Counted from the first letter of the stretch, positions 1 to 10,701 are shown. The stretch is 64,000 nucleotides of DNA from Armatimonadota bacterium (GCA_963677485.1 OY781964.1:2976001-3040000); one strand, 5' to 3'. The notes: generated by a model not told the origin, from the letters alone. Numbers and translations: made by a program.

Positions 1-285
1 ATCCGCCAGACCGGCGCGGTCTTGAGCCTTCTGCATCCGCTAGCCTGCGCACAGACCGCCCCGGACATAGGCAACGCTTGGCTGTAAAAAAAGAGGCGAA
101 CAACGATTAGGACGCCCACAAGGGACGCCCCTACGACCGTATCCGTTACAGCCTGGGCTGCCGGGTAGGCACGCGCCGGACTTGTTCGTGGAACATATCT
201 TTCAGGGCTATCCGCCAGACCGGCGCGGTCTTGAGCTTTCTGCATCCGCTAGCCTACGCACAGACCGCCCCGGACTTAGGCAAAC
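1..285. repeat. Cluster of dispersed palindromic repeats: family A arms at 1-74 and 206-283, GTAG-type REP at 109-134
   Basis: GGCTATCCGCCAGACCGGCGCGGTC...CAGACCGCCCCGGACATAGGCAA occurs twice here and again near 9234, 18829 and 55849. 97-160 is the near reverse complement of 51235-51300. Confidence 0.85.
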
Positions 286-338
286 AATGGGAACGCACCA
301 GTTACAGCCTGGGCTGCCGTGCAAGCAGGGGCGGATGC

Positions 339-1538
339 TTACTCGTTTGTTTGCAGTGTTTTGGTGCTTTTGAGCAGTTCGGCGATGCGGCTGGTAATAT
401 CATGCAGGCGGAATGGCTTCATGACATGGCCTCGGCAGCCGGGTAAATCTTCCTCAAATCCTTGGTAGCTGCCACTGCAGATCAAGGCATTTACGTTGTT
501 ATCAAGTTTGTATAACTCACTCAGGCAGTCAAATCCGCCCATGCCACCGGGAACCAGTGCATCCAAAAGCACCAGATCGAAAGGAGCCTTTTCCTGCATG
601 GCCAACCTGTATTTACTGATGGCTTCGACGCCATGGCTGGCCGTTTCGGTATGATAACCCATTTGACGCAAGACTGTCGATAGCACTTCAGATATCGCGG
701 CGTCATCATCCATGATTAATATCCGACCACTGCCTCCCACCAGGATCGAAGGCTGCTTTTGTTCAATGCAGACCTGATTTTCCACGGCGGGTACCAATAT
801 GGTGAACGTGGTTCCGACATTGACGGCGGATTCTACGCCTATCCATCCGCCGAACCGCTCGATAAGCGCTTGCACCGTGGCTAGACCCAGCCCGCTGCCT
901 GAGCTTTTAGTGGTGTAAAATGGCTCGAATATACACGGCATCACATGTGGAGGTATCCCTGCACCGTTGTCTTGCACCAGCAGCCTTACATAATTACCAG
1001 GCTTAAGTGGTACCGGACTGCTGGAGCCCAGCTCAATGTTGTTGGCTGAGCAGGTGATGATGCCACCATGTGGCATGGCTTGTTCTGCATTGATGATAAG
1101 GTTCTGAATGATCTGGCTGAGCATGCCGTCATCAACACCCACCATATGTAAATCGCGGGCTATTTCAAAGCGGCATTTTACGTTCATGCCGGTGGTCGCA
1201 AACTGTACTGTTTCGCGCAGCACCTTGTCCAGCGAGGAGTGGTTGGTTAGCACCATATTCCCTTTGGTTAGCCCCAGTAACTGAGCCACTAATCCGCGGG
1301 CCCGTTCGCAGGCTGCTTCAGCGGTTTCAAGATGATGGAATTCCTTGGCGTCATGATCCATGCTAAGTTTCGCCAGACCGATATTGCCCATAATCGAGGT
1401 GAGAATATTGTTGAAGTCGTGGGCTACACCGCCCGCAAGCACATGAAGAGATTCAAGCTTGCTAGCAGCAACGAGCTCGGTTTCTTTGGGGAGGCTTTGG
1501 TCCAAATTGCGATCCAAGAAGAACCCCTTTCGTCTCAA
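339..1538 (-). CDS. Hybrid sensor histidine kinase/response regulator (HisKA-HATPase-REC) with no input domain
   Basis: H-box AGGVAHDFNNIL, N-box NLIINAEQAM, G boxes DNGAGI and GSGLGL, receiver ILIMDDD..FDLVLLD..KPF. Start codon uncertain. Confidence 0.9.
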   Translation of the reverse strand: MRRKGFFLDRNLDQSLPKETELVAASKLESLHVLAGGVAHDFNNILTSIMGNIGLAKLSMDHDAKEFHHLETAEAACERARGLVAQLLGLTKGNMVLTNHSSLDKVLRETVQFATTGMNVKCRFEIARDLHMVGVDDGMLSQIIQNLIINAEQAMPHGGIITCSANNIELGSSSPVPLKPGNYVRLLVQDNGAGIPPHVMPCIFEPFYTTKSSGSGLGLATVQALIERFGGWIGVESAVNVGTTFTILVPAVENQVCIEQKQPSILVGGSGRILIMDDDAAISEVLSTVLRQMGYHTETASHGVEAISKYRLAMQEKAPFDLVLLDALVPGGMGGFDCLSELYKLDNNVNALICSGSYQGFEEDLPGCRGHVMKPFRLHDITSRIAELLKSTKTLQTNE

Positions 1539-1754
1539 GTGACCTGCACATCGAAAACAGCACCATACATAATCATACTGTACCTTTCTGTATCATGGGC
1601 GTGATATGGTAAATTAAGGCTGATGATGAGCTCAAACTGCGATCTTTTGAGAGGCATCTGGCACAAAAACGTAGATGCAGATGATGTGTCAGATTGTGTG
1701 CTCAGTCAGCTTACATCATGCTGCACGAGATGGCACAGAACAGGGGAATGAGCA

Positions 1755-2567
1755 ATGAAACGGTCAGGTATTTCGCGACTTGCCCATCTGTGGAACGACA
1801 AGAGCTGGGCACAGATCGTACCTCAAGCATCCGCTGCTGCAGATGAAGGGCACCCGCTATCATTTGATTACCTGCCACACCCGATATGCTCTGTCCCGAT
1901 GCTTGATCAGCGTGTATCCGAGGTAGAGCCCGTCATCATGGAAGCCTCTCGACGGTATGCGGGCTGCCAGTGGTCTATGAAACCGGCGATATGGGGGCTG
2001 CAAACTGGTCTTGATCTTTTTGAGCAATCCTTAGTCCGCTTGAACCTGATATGCCGTGCTAATAACATATCACTACGGATGGACACCCCACCGGCACCAT
2101 TTCAGAAGGCATGTCTTGAGTTGGCTTTAGGCTTACCCTGTGTCCAACCCGTATTGGCCGTGAGTGAACCAGGTTTTGATGAACACTTGCGCTTATGTAT
2201 AGACTCCAGACGCAACATCCGGTTGGTAAAGGGATATTCGGAAGCATATGTTTCTGAGTATACTGTGAGTGATCGAATGGTTGACGCGGTGCAGGCACTG
2301 TGGCAGGCGGAGATGCCCGCTGCGATCGCTACACACGACCCTGAGGTGCTGCAGGTCGCCATGAACCTACCCTCATATCAACCTGGTATGTTTGAAGTTG
2401 AAGTGGTCGCGCACCTTGTCACAAGCCGTCAATTGCGGGCAATTTCTGCTCATATGCTCCGGCTTTACTATCCATACGGTGTCAACGCAGGCAAATTCTT
2501 CGCAAAACGTGTATTAGGGTCTCCCGTGAACCGTCACGCGTTTCTGAGGGCTACCCACGATAGATAA
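1755..2567 (+). CDS. Divergent proline dehydrogenase (PRODH)-like protein
   Basis: Motifs SMKP, IRLVKGY, AIATHD and RLYYPYG resemble monofunctional PRODH, with several canonical residues altered. Confidence 0.65.
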   Translation: MKRSGISRLAHLWNDKSWAQIVPQASAAADEGHPLSFDYLPHPICSVPMLDQRVSEVEPVIMEASRRYAGCQWSMKPAIWGLQTGLDLFEQSLVRLNLICRANNISLRMDTPPAPFQKACLELALGLPCVQPVLAVSEPGFDEHLRLCIDSRRNIRLVKGYSEAYVSEYTVSDRMVDAVQALWQAEMPAAIATHDPEVLQVAMNLPSYQPGMFEVEVVAHLVTSRQLRAISAHMLRLYYPYGVNAGKFFAKRVLGSPVNRHAFLRATHDR

Positions 2568-2601
2568 AACCCAATCGTAATATTGCATCTGGAGGTATCT
2601 C

Positions 2602-5124
2602 ATGGCTTCTACCCCTAAATGGATATGGTCTAATTTAGCAGATCCGACCCCCGTTAATCGGTACACCTATTTCATGAAGAGTTTCACTCTGGATGATTTT
2701 CCGGAAGACACTGTGCTGCGTATCGCGGCCGACAGTAACGCCATGGTTATGCTCAACGGAACCATCATACGGCGCAGAGTGACCCGGTACGACGAGACCA
2801 ACATCACCTGTGAAGTGATTTCAGTGCGGCGGTATTTGTTGATGGGCACTAATGAACTGGTCATCATGCATCACAACTGGGGCGACATTACCACCTTCCA
2901 ACGAAACGGACAGAAGCATGCAGGGCTGTGGGTGAAGAGCAGCTTTGTATCTAGCGATGAGACATGGAAGTGCTGCACTGTCCCTCATTTTGTGCCTCAC
3001 ACCGAGCAGATATCTGGTATCGCCGGCGATGCCAAGCGAATCCGGTTCCCTGTCATATTTGACACGCGCGCCCTAAGCCTGTTGTCGAAGCGCGACTGGC
3101 AGCCTGTTCAAGTGGTGACTGAGGGCCCATGGAACACGCCTGAGGATGTGGAGACCGGCAACCAGAGAGACTACCTGCAACACCCCCATGCGGTGGTGAA
3201 CGCGGGTAACCTGGTGGTGCCCTCCATACCCGACTTCAGCCCAATCAAAATCGCTCAACGTATCAGGCAGAGCCAGTGTCTGCCGGTTGCTGATATGAAG
3301 CATAAAGCTGAGGGTCTGTGCCAGTTGCAGCAGGTGCCCTGGCGTATTGAGGCTAAAGCCGGACGCTCACTCTATGTCACTTTTGATCTGTGGAAGCCTG
3401 TGCATGGCTATCCATACCTGGTGGTCGACTGCAGCAGTGACCTGGTTGAGGTTGATCTGGGGTATGGTGAGGTGGCTGCACCCATCTATAGCGGTTTGCC
3501 TGCCGTGACTGAGGACGGCTGGGTTAACACTGAGGCCGTGGTGGGGCAGGGGTATGCCGATCAGGCGATCCTGTGTCCTGGACGTCACCGCCTTGAGTTC
3601 CCAGATGAACGTACCGCTCGTTGGATCACACTGCACTTCCACTTCAAGGCTGACGGCGCGGTGACACTGCGCGATGTGGGTATCGACCACAATCAGTACG
3701 CCATCCGTCCCAGGGGCAGCTTCCATACCGGTAACCCGTTGATTGATCAGATTGTGAATCTATGCTTGACCCACGCCGAAATCACCATGAGCGACGTGTA
3801 TGTAGATACCCCTGGCCGTGAAGATGGTCAGTGGATTGAAGATAACCGGCCGCGGGCGAATCTGGCCAGCGCCTGGTTTGGTGACAATGCATTACGACGC
3901 ACCATGATACGCACACTGGCACAGGGGCAGGGCGAAGATGGCAACCTGCATCCCTTCTATCCCAGCAACTTCCCGGCGTTTCCAGCCGGATGGGACTGGA
4001 GCATGCAGTGGACCGCGATGTTGTACGACGACTATATGTGGACAGGTGACCTGACATACACTCGCCGTTTTTGGCCCCACCTGGTCAAATACTGGAAGTC
4101 GCTGTGTAAGGACATCGATAAGGACGGTCTGTGGAAAACCACGTTGTTGATGGCGGATATCCGGGCATCGGCAGAGTGGAAGAAGCCGTTCACCAGCAGC
4201 GGCACGATCACGCCCTGGGTGATTCAACGCCTGGAGTACAGCGCCGTATTGGCCGACGCAGTCGGTGAACATGCGACCGCGATTGAGTGGCGTGAAACCG
4301 CCCGCAAGCTGGCAGACGCCTTCCGTAAATACCACATCGTGCCTCCGCATCGGGATGTGCCCGCTCATGTGGCTGATATCATGGGGCCTGGGTTAAGCAT
4401 AGATGATCGCGGCTACAGCCAAGCCTCTCAGACCATTGCCATCAGCCTGGGTTTACTCGATCCTACCGAGGCACTGGAGGACATCGACTACGCATTTTCG
4501 GAGCCGGTCGGTGCGCCATCGCCTGGCGTGACACGCTGGAATAACCCCACCTACCTCCGCAGAGCTCTCAACGCCATGGTGGCCGTGGGACGTACGGAAC
4601 GGGCGGTCAGGCATCTCATAGAGAGGTATGAGCCGTATCTCGCGGGGCATGTTCGTAACACCACCCCGGCGGCATTACAGGGTGCCTTTGGCGGCCCGCT
4701 TCCCGAATACTGGATTGGCCGCGAGGATCTGGGTTTGAAACCTGGTGAGATCAACCCGCATCAACCGGAGGACGACACCGGCTCACATGGCTGGAACGCA
4801 TTGGCCCTGCTGTGGTTCCACGAATCACTGTTGGGTGTGACCATCGCCAAGCCCGGTGGTGTGGAGTTAAACATCACCCCCCGTTTTGGAGGATTCCCAT
4901 ACATATCTGGCAGCACATGCAGCCCGAAGGGCATGGTTCATCTTTTTGCCGATAAGCAGGAGATGTGCCTTGAGATAGAGCTGCCGGCTGGTGTGATGGG
5001 GCATATCATGCTGCCCGATGAGTTCGGCAGCCATGCTGTGGCGGTTGAGGGCAACGTGCAGCAGCTTGAGGGCGCGCGGTGGCTGGCACCAGAGGGCGGC
5101 AAGCTCAGCTTCCGGGTGTTGTAG
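2602..5124 (+). CDS. Alpha-L-rhamnosidase-like glycoside hydrolase (GH78-like)
   Basis: N-terminal WIW..YTYF.KSF..IAADS domain, DTPGREDGQWIED catalytic-type motif, SHGW and C-terminal SPKG.V. GGAGG RBS. Confidence 0.8.
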   Translation: MASTPKWIWSNLADPTPVNRYTYFMKSFTLDDFPEDTVLRIAADSNAMVMLNGTIIRRRVTRYDETNITCEVISVRRYLLMGTNELVIMHHNWGDITTFQRNGQKHAGLWVKSSFVSSDETWKCCTVPHFVPHTEQISGIAGDAKRIRFPVIFDTRALSLLSKRDWQPVQVVTEGPWNTPEDVETGNQRDYLQHPHAVVNAGNLVVPSIPDFSPIKIAQRIRQSQCLPVADMKHKAEGLCQLQQVPWRIEAKAGRSLYVTFDLWKPVHGYPYLVVDCSSDLVEVDLGYGEVAAPIYSGLPAVTEDGWVNTEAVVGQGYADQAILCPGRHRLEFPDERTARWITLHFHFKADGAVTLRDVGIDHNQYAIRPRGSFHTGNPLIDQIVNLCLTHAEITMSDVYVDTPGREDGQWIEDNRPRANLASAWFGDNALRRTMIRTLAQGQGEDGNLHPFYPSNFPAFPAGWDWSMQWTAMLYDDYMWTGDLTYTRRFWPHLVKYWKSLCKDIDKDGLWKTTLLMADIRASAEWKKPFTSSGTITPWVIQRLEYSAVLADAVGEHATAIEWRETARKLADAFRKYHIVPPHRDVPAHVADIMGPGLSIDDRGYSQASQTIAISLGLLDPTEALEDIDYAFSEPVGAPSPGVTRWNNPTYLRRALNAMVAVGRTERAVRHLIERYEPYLAGHVRNTTPAALQGAFGGPLPEYWIGREDLGLKPGEINPHQPEDDTGSHGWNALALLWFHESLLGVTIAKPGGVELNITPRFGGFPYISGSTCSPKGMVHLFADKQEMCLEIELPAGVMGHIMLPDEFGSHAVAVEGNVQQLEGARWLAPEGGKLSFRVL

Positions 5125-5180
5125 AGGCGGAGTGTGGGCTGGGTGACAATATCCGTGGTGACCGTTCTTTGAATGTACTC

Positions 5181-5312
5181 TGGGGCAACCCCCCGTGGTT
5201 GCCTACCACCCAATCCGTCCTATCAGTCCCATCCGTCCGATTCCCGGATTGTCTGAACCACGGATTACACGGATGACGTGGATAGGGACGGATGGGAAGG
5301 TAAATACCAATC
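5181..5312. repeat. About 130-bp repeat (REP-like hairpin plus CCACGGATTACACGGATGAC unit), second copy at 8968-9102
   Basis: Direct sequence similarity: GGGGCA(A/G)CCCCCCGTGG(T/C)TGCC..ATCCGTCCGAT.CCCGGATTGTCTGAACCACGGATTAC.CGGATGACG..TGGGAAGG.AAAT.CCAATC. Confidence 0.85.
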
Positions 5313-5524
5313 GGGAGTCTTGAGTTCCCAGGGACGGAACAAAACCGCGTTGCTTCCTGGAAAACTGGCGCGCAGGTTCCGTATATTGTGGAGTTTCGAC
5401 ATATCGCTCAGGACAGTATGGTGGTCTCGTATTACCACGCTCGCCATATAAACCATGAGAATGATATGGTTATTTCAGATACTATAGGGTATGATATATT
5501 CACTATCTGAGCAGAGTTTATGCA

Positions 5525-5694
5525 TGGATGAGCCAAAGGGCGAAATCGTCATCTATGAAACATCAGACCGCATATCCCGTGTTGATGTTCGATTAGTTCA
5601 AGAGACTGTATGGTTAACTCAGCTACGTAGGGATTCAGTTGTCGCAAAATACGCAACAACTGCCTGGATGGCCAAACACATGAGGATGTGGTGA
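5525..5694 (+). pseudogene. Internally deleted RhuM/Fic-associated protein remnant
   Basis: KGEIVIYET..RVDVRLVQETVWLTQ is joined directly to DSVVAKYATTA, then a frameshifted DGQT. The two motifs are normally separated by a segment missing here. Confidence 0.7.
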
Positions 5695-6777
5695 TTGATG
5701 AAGATCGTGGTTAGGGACATGAAGGGTACACTGATCATCGCAGGTGAATATCGCGACTTAGGCACCGCTTTATCACTTCATAAGTCAAACATGGCTTGCG
5801 CTCAACTGCATCATGCTGACCTGCGCCATGCTGATCTACAAGGTATAGACCTTAGCAGAGCCAACCTGCCAGAATCGAACCTGGCTGGAGCAAATCTCAC
5901 CAACGCCAATCTTCAAGGGGCGATCTTGAGCGGTGCTGATCTATCTGGAGCCGATTTACGGAAAGCCAACCTCGATCGTGCCCATATGAAACAAGCTGTT
6001 GTCCGTCAAGCCAATCTTGAAGGAGCTAGTCTCCGCAATGCGAATCTGCGTAGCGCAATGATGTCAGGTGCTCAGATGCATGGGGCTAACTTGTCGTATG
6101 CCAAGTTGATGGGGGCCGACTTATCTTATACCGATATGACGTACGTATACCTTAAAAAAGCCATCATGAATAACGCAGACTTACGATGCGCCAACCTAAG
6201 CCATTCCCATGTTTCTTACGCTTATTTTGATGCCGTTAATCTCGTAGGAGCTAACCTTCGTCATGTGATAAGTAAAGACGCCAAGATGCGCGATGCAAAC
6301 TTGAAATATGTTGATCTCCAGAATGCAGATATGGAGGGCACGTATATGGCGCGGGCGAATCTGGATGGAGCTATGTTAAATAACGCCTATCTGCGGGTTA
6401 TTAGTATCGTCGGAGCAAGTCTTAACGAAACGGTCTTTACAGGAGCAGTGCTCACGGGAGTCAACTTTAATAGTGTTGATCTGTCAGGTAAGGACTTAAG
6501 TCGCTGTGACTTTAGCCATGACGATATGACCGGTGCTAATTTGTCTGGAGCCAACCTGACCGATGCCAACATGATGTGGGCTAAGATGAACGATACTGTT
6601 TTTGACGGAGCTTGTTTAGCCAATACTAATCTAAAACACGCGAATCTTGTTGGTGCTAACCTGTCTCAAGCTAACTTCCAAGGAGCTAATGCTACAAAAG
6701 CAAAGATAAGCCGTTCAGATTACGAGTTTCTATGTACACAAAGTGTAGAACTAGATTTCGTAAGTTGGGTGGATTGA
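5695..6777 (+). CDS. Pentapeptide repeat protein
   Basis: Long run of A(D/N)LxX repeats (ANLTNANLQGAILSGADLSGADLRKANLD...). Confidence 0.92.
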   Translation: MMKIVVRDMKGTLIIAGEYRDLGTALSLHKSNMACAQLHHADLRHADLQGIDLSRANLPESNLAGANLTNANLQGAILSGADLSGADLRKANLDRAHMKQAVVRQANLEGASLRNANLRSAMMSGAQMHGANLSYAKLMGADLSYTDMTYVYLKKAIMNNADLRCANLSHSHVSYAYFDAVNLVGANLRHVISKDAKMRDANLKYVDLQNADMEGTYMARANLDGAMLNNAYLRVISIVGASLNETVFTGAVLTGVNFNSVDLSGKDLSRCDFSHDDMTGANLSGANLTDANMMWAKMNDTVFDGACLANTNLKHANLVGANLSQANFQGANATKAKISRSDYEFLCTQSVELDFVSWVD

Positions 6778-7357
6778 AGGAACAATCCTTGTGGTCAATC
6801 CCGCAGGAACACGCAAGTAATTGGTGCGCATCACGGCGTGCTTGTTGGTCATCATGATGCATGTGCTGTAAAATGTAAACAGTGCCTATCAAGGTGTAGC
6901 TACCGTTCGTAAATCTGCACCCCGCTCGTGCGTCAGTGATTTGCTGCAGCCGAGAGTGGCCAACCTGCGCTAGAGGATCCGATGACTCCAACACATTACA
7001 GCTTTCATATATGCGGCACTGACACGACAGCCGCCATGAAGCTCATCACTTTTTCTGCCCCACAGATACCGCTCATGCCCGAATCCGGATGGTGCGGATA
7101 TCATTCAGCTCAGGTGTCGCATCGCCTGCCGTGAGATTGTCCTGTCAGGGTGACGCGACCCAGCGGAATATGATGGAACACCGAGCCTGACAGTTCTCAC
7201 TTGTCGAATGCTGCACCGAGCATAAACAAGTCTGCACATCCTTACCCACCAGACCCTATGCCTGCACGTCAGCCGTACGTGCTCGTGGTTGCTTGAACCG
7301 TGACCTGTGGGTTCTTAATAAATGTAAACCAATTTGCCTTACCAAGAGGATATATCC

Positions 7358-8956
7358 ATGGAAGATGTCATGACCAAGAAGATCACTGCGGAAGCGAAGC
7401 GAAGGCGGACATTCGCTATCATCTCTCACCCCGATGCCGGGAAAACCACGCTGACCGAGAAGCTGCTGCTCTACACCGGGGCGATTGATCTGGCGGGCTC
7501 CGTCAGGGCCAAGAAAGACCAGCGGCAAACCACATCGGACTGGATGGAGCTGGAACGGCAGAGAGGGATATCTGTCAGCTCCACGGTGCTGCCGTTTGAG
7601 TATGAAGGTTTTGTGATGAACCTGCTGGACACACCTGGTCACCAGGACTTCAGTGAGGACACCTACCGCACGCTGATGGCGGCAGACAACGCGGTGATGC
7701 TGATTGATGCGGCCAAGGGGATTGAACCGCAAACCCGGAAGCTGTTTGATGTCTGCCGTATGAGAGGCATCCCTGTGTTTACGTTCATTAACAAGATGGA
7801 CAGGCCCAGCAAAGACCCTCTGGAGCTGCTGGACGAGATAGAGTCCGTGTTCGGCATCGACACCTTCGCCATGAACTGGCCTCTGGGCAGTGGCACATCA
7901 TTTAAGGGTGTGTATGACCGACGGGACCGGCAAATGCACCTCTACGAGAGGACGCAGCACGGTGCGACACAAGCGCCCGTGATCATGACCTCCCCCGATA
8001 GCCCAGAGTGCGCCAAGCTGACCAGTCCAACCACCCATAAGCAATTTTTAGATGAAATGGAGCTGCTGGACGCCGCCGGGAATGACTTTAATATGGAGAA
8101 GCTTCAGAAGGGCAAATTGACGCCGGTCTACTTTGGCAGTGCGATGAATAACTTCGGAGTTAAGCTGTTTCTTGATTCTTTTGTCAAACTCGGTGACTCG
8201 CCAAAGCCGCGTCGGACCAAGGATGGTTATGTGGATCCGGGGAGCTCCTGCTTTTCGGGGTTTGTATTCAAGATTCAAGCGAATATGGATCCCAGGCACA
8301 GGGATAGTGTGGCCTTTTTCAGGGTCTGCTCTGGCCGGTTTGAAAAAGACATGCTGGTCCACCACTCCAGGCTGGAAAAGCAGCTCCGCCTATCCAGGCC
8401 GCACAGGTTGTTTGCGCGTGACCGCGACACGGTGGAAGAGGCCTATCCAGGCGATATCCTTGGGCTGGTGAACCCCGGCGCGTTTTCGATTGGCGACACC
8501 ATGAGTTCCGGAGATCCTGTGGAGTTTGATGCTGTGCCTCGGTTTGCGCCTGAGCATTTCGCCCTGCTGCGCTGTAAGGACGCCTCTGGACGTAAAAAGT
8601 TTACCAAAGGACTTGACCAACTTCTTCAGGAACGCGTGGCTCAGGTGTTCTATCCCACGGATGCCATCGCCGCGCGAGACACGATCCTTGGCGTTGTGGG
8701 CAAGCTCCAGTTTGAGGTCATCCAGTTTCGACTGCAAACTGAGTTTTCGGTGGAAACAGTGATCGAGTCCGTGAGACAGACCGTCGTACGCTGGATCATC
8801 GGTGGCGAGGAACATCTGGCCGCCGTGAAACTGATGTACAGCGGCACGCCGGTGGTGGATTACGACGGAAACACCGCGCTGTTGTTTGACAGCGACTGGA
8901 ACCTGAAGTGCTTCCAGGAGAGCAACCCGAAAATCATTTTGTCCACCACAGCATAA
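7358..8956 (+). CDS. prfC: Peptide chain release factor 3
   Basis: RRRTFAIISHPDAGKTTLTEKLLL, SDWMELERQRGIS, DTPGHQDFSEDTYRTL, FKIQANMDPRHRD. GAGGA RBS before ATG 7358. Confidence 0.97.
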   Translation: MEDVMTKKITAEAKRRRTFAIISHPDAGKTTLTEKLLLYTGAIDLAGSVRAKKDQRQTTSDWMELERQRGISVSSTVLPFEYEGFVMNLLDTPGHQDFSEDTYRTLMAADNAVMLIDAAKGIEPQTRKLFDVCRMRGIPVFTFINKMDRPSKDPLELLDEIESVFGIDTFAMNWPLGSGTSFKGVYDRRDRQMHLYERTQHGATQAPVIMTSPDSPECAKLTSPTTHKQFLDEMELLDAAGNDFNMEKLQKGKLTPVYFGSAMNNFGVKLFLDSFVKLGDSPKPRRTKDGYVDPGSSCFSGFVFKIQANMDPRHRDSVAFFRVCSGRFEKDMLVHHSRLEKQLRLSRPHRLFARDRDTVEEAYPGDILGLVNPGAFSIGDTMSSGDPVEFDAVPRFAPEHFALLRCKDASGRKKFTKGLDQLLQERVAQVFYPTDAIAARDTILGVVGKLQFEVIQFRLQTEFSVETVIESVRQTVVRWIIGGEEHLAAVKLMYSGTPVVDYDGNTALLFDSDWNLKCFQESNPKIILSTTA

Positions 8957-8967
8957 TCATGGATGCG

Positions 8968-9311
8968 GTAGGGGCAGCCCCCCGTGGCTGCCCCACCATG
9001 CGATCGGTCTCATCCGTCTGATCCGTCCGATGCCCGGATTGTCTGAACCACGGATTACGCGGATGACGCGGGCAGGTTCGGGTGGGAAGGGAAATGCCAA
9101 TCAGCGACAGGCGTTCCCAGGGGCCCGATGTAGGGACACGGCGTGCCGTGTCCATGGGCCAATAGTGGGGCCATCTCCCGTGGCTGCCCGGCCGACCAAC
9201 CGATCCGGTCTTGTTTTCGAATACAATCTACATGGCTATCCGCCAGACCGGCGCGGTCATGAGCCTTCTGCAACCGCCAGCATACTGTCAGACCGCCCCG
9301 GACATAGGCAA
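8968..9311. repeat. Mosaic repeat cluster: GTAG-REPs (8968-8996, 9130-9153) and a family A arm (9234-9311)
   Basis: GTAG-GGGCAGCC-CCCCGT-GGCTGCCC, GTAG-GGACACGGC-GT-GCCGTGTCC, and the family A consensus. Confidence 0.8.
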
Positions 9312-9606
9312 TCCAGATGCGGCGGCAGGGAGGGCCCGATCGCATTCAAGGCGCGGAATCTGCGGTTGCTAAATGATGGCTTGCTGGGCCTTTCGCACTC
9401 CATCAGCCATCCTCCGAAAATGACCTCTACTTGGCAAACTTCGCCAAATAGTATACCAATCCTTGGTAATAACAGCACAATTTCATTTATTTACCCATCA
9501 GCTTTACGCTTCGTGCTCATCTCCCCTAAGACTATGAAGGAGTTTGCGCGCACAATGGCATATGGTAAGCTATAAAGTCACCCAAGTGGTGATAGGAGGG
9601 ACATCC

Positions 9607-10701
9607 ATGGCACTCAGAGTCGCAGTGGTAGGAATGAGCGGAATTGGCAATAATCATGCCAACTGCCATACCAATGATGAATTATCCGACCTCATCGCAG
9701 TGTGCGATGTAGTCAAAGAACGAGCCGACGAGGCAGCCGAGCGTTTAGGCGTGAAGGCATACTACTGTCTTAAGGATCTACTAGCCAACGAAGAGCTAGA
9801 CGTCATCGACGTCACCACCGGTGGATACGAGAACGGTAGCTGGCACTACGAGCCAACAATCGAAGCTCTACAGGCAGGCAAGATCGTTCTGTGCGAGAAA
9901 CCGCTGTCCAACGACATCCACGAAGCACGCGAGATGGTAAAATACGCCCAGGATCACAAACAATATCTTGGCTGTAACCTGAACCACTACTTCACCCCCA
10001 CGGCAGACCGCGCCGACAAATACATCGCCGACGGTATGATTGGCGAAATGCTGTCCATCCTGTTCAAGGTTGGCTTCAACGGTGGCGAGGAGACCTACGG
10101 TTTCAACCCATCCCCACGCTTTAATCAGCCATATGCACACATGAAGGCTTTCTTGACCCACCCCTTCAGCGTGATGCGACACTTCTGCGGTGATATTACA
10201 CACATCCAGTCCTTCAGTAACCGCCCAGGTTTCCGCAAGAACAAGGGTGACTTATTGCTGAGCGTGAATAGTGTACACTGCAAGTTCGCAAATGATACAG
10301 TTGGTTACCTGTTGAGCCAGCGTGGCGACGCCATGTGGGGCCAGGGCGGCTGGTGGAGTTGCGAACTCGCCGGAAGCAAGGGCACCTTCAACATCGAGAA
10401 CTGCATCGAAAAGCTGACCTACTGGGGTGCTGCCAAGCCCGGTGAAGCCGCTCCTGCACCAGAAGTGCTGGATACCGGCATCACAAGCTTTGACGCTACT
10501 TTCCCGAACCGCATCCATGCCTTCATGGAAGACGTAACGAATGGCGTGCCGTTCGAGCACCTGCGTTCATCTGGGCGTGATGCACTGGCAACCATGGAAT
10601 ACATCTTTGCTGTCATCGACAGTTATGAGAACGGTGGAGCACTGGTGCGACCGCATCCGCTGCCCGCGATCCATGGTGACCCTAAAGTAGAGCGCATCTA
10701 G
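9607..10701 (+). CDS. Gfo/Idh/MocA family oxidoreductase
   Basis: Rossmann motif VAVVGMSGIG, VCD, LCEKPL. GGAGGG RBS before ATG 9607. Confidence 0.92.
   Translation: MALRVAVVGMSGIGNNHANCHTNDELSDLIAVCDVVKERADEAAERLGVKAYYCLKDLLANEELDVIDVTTGGYENGSWHYEPTIEALQAGKIVLCEKPLSNDIHEAREMVKYAQDHKQYLGCNLNHYFTPTADRADKYIADGMIGEMLSILFKVGFNGGEETYGFNPSPRFNQPYAHMKAFLTHPFSVMRHFCGDITHIQSFSNRPGFRKNKGDLLLSVNSVHCKFANDTVGYLLSQRGDAMWGQGGWWSCELAGSKGTFNIENCIEKLTYWGAAKPGEAAPAPEVLDTGITSFDATFPNRIHAFMEDVTNGVPFEHLRSSGRDALATMEYIFAVIDSYENGGALVRPHPLPAIHGDPKVERI

Noticed and set aside
182-446. Short ORFs sharing GYPPDRRG or AQTAPD peptides (also 9030, 18776, 35515, 55799)
   Set aside because: These are translations of the family A repeat. 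Frames and starts are inconsistent between copies.
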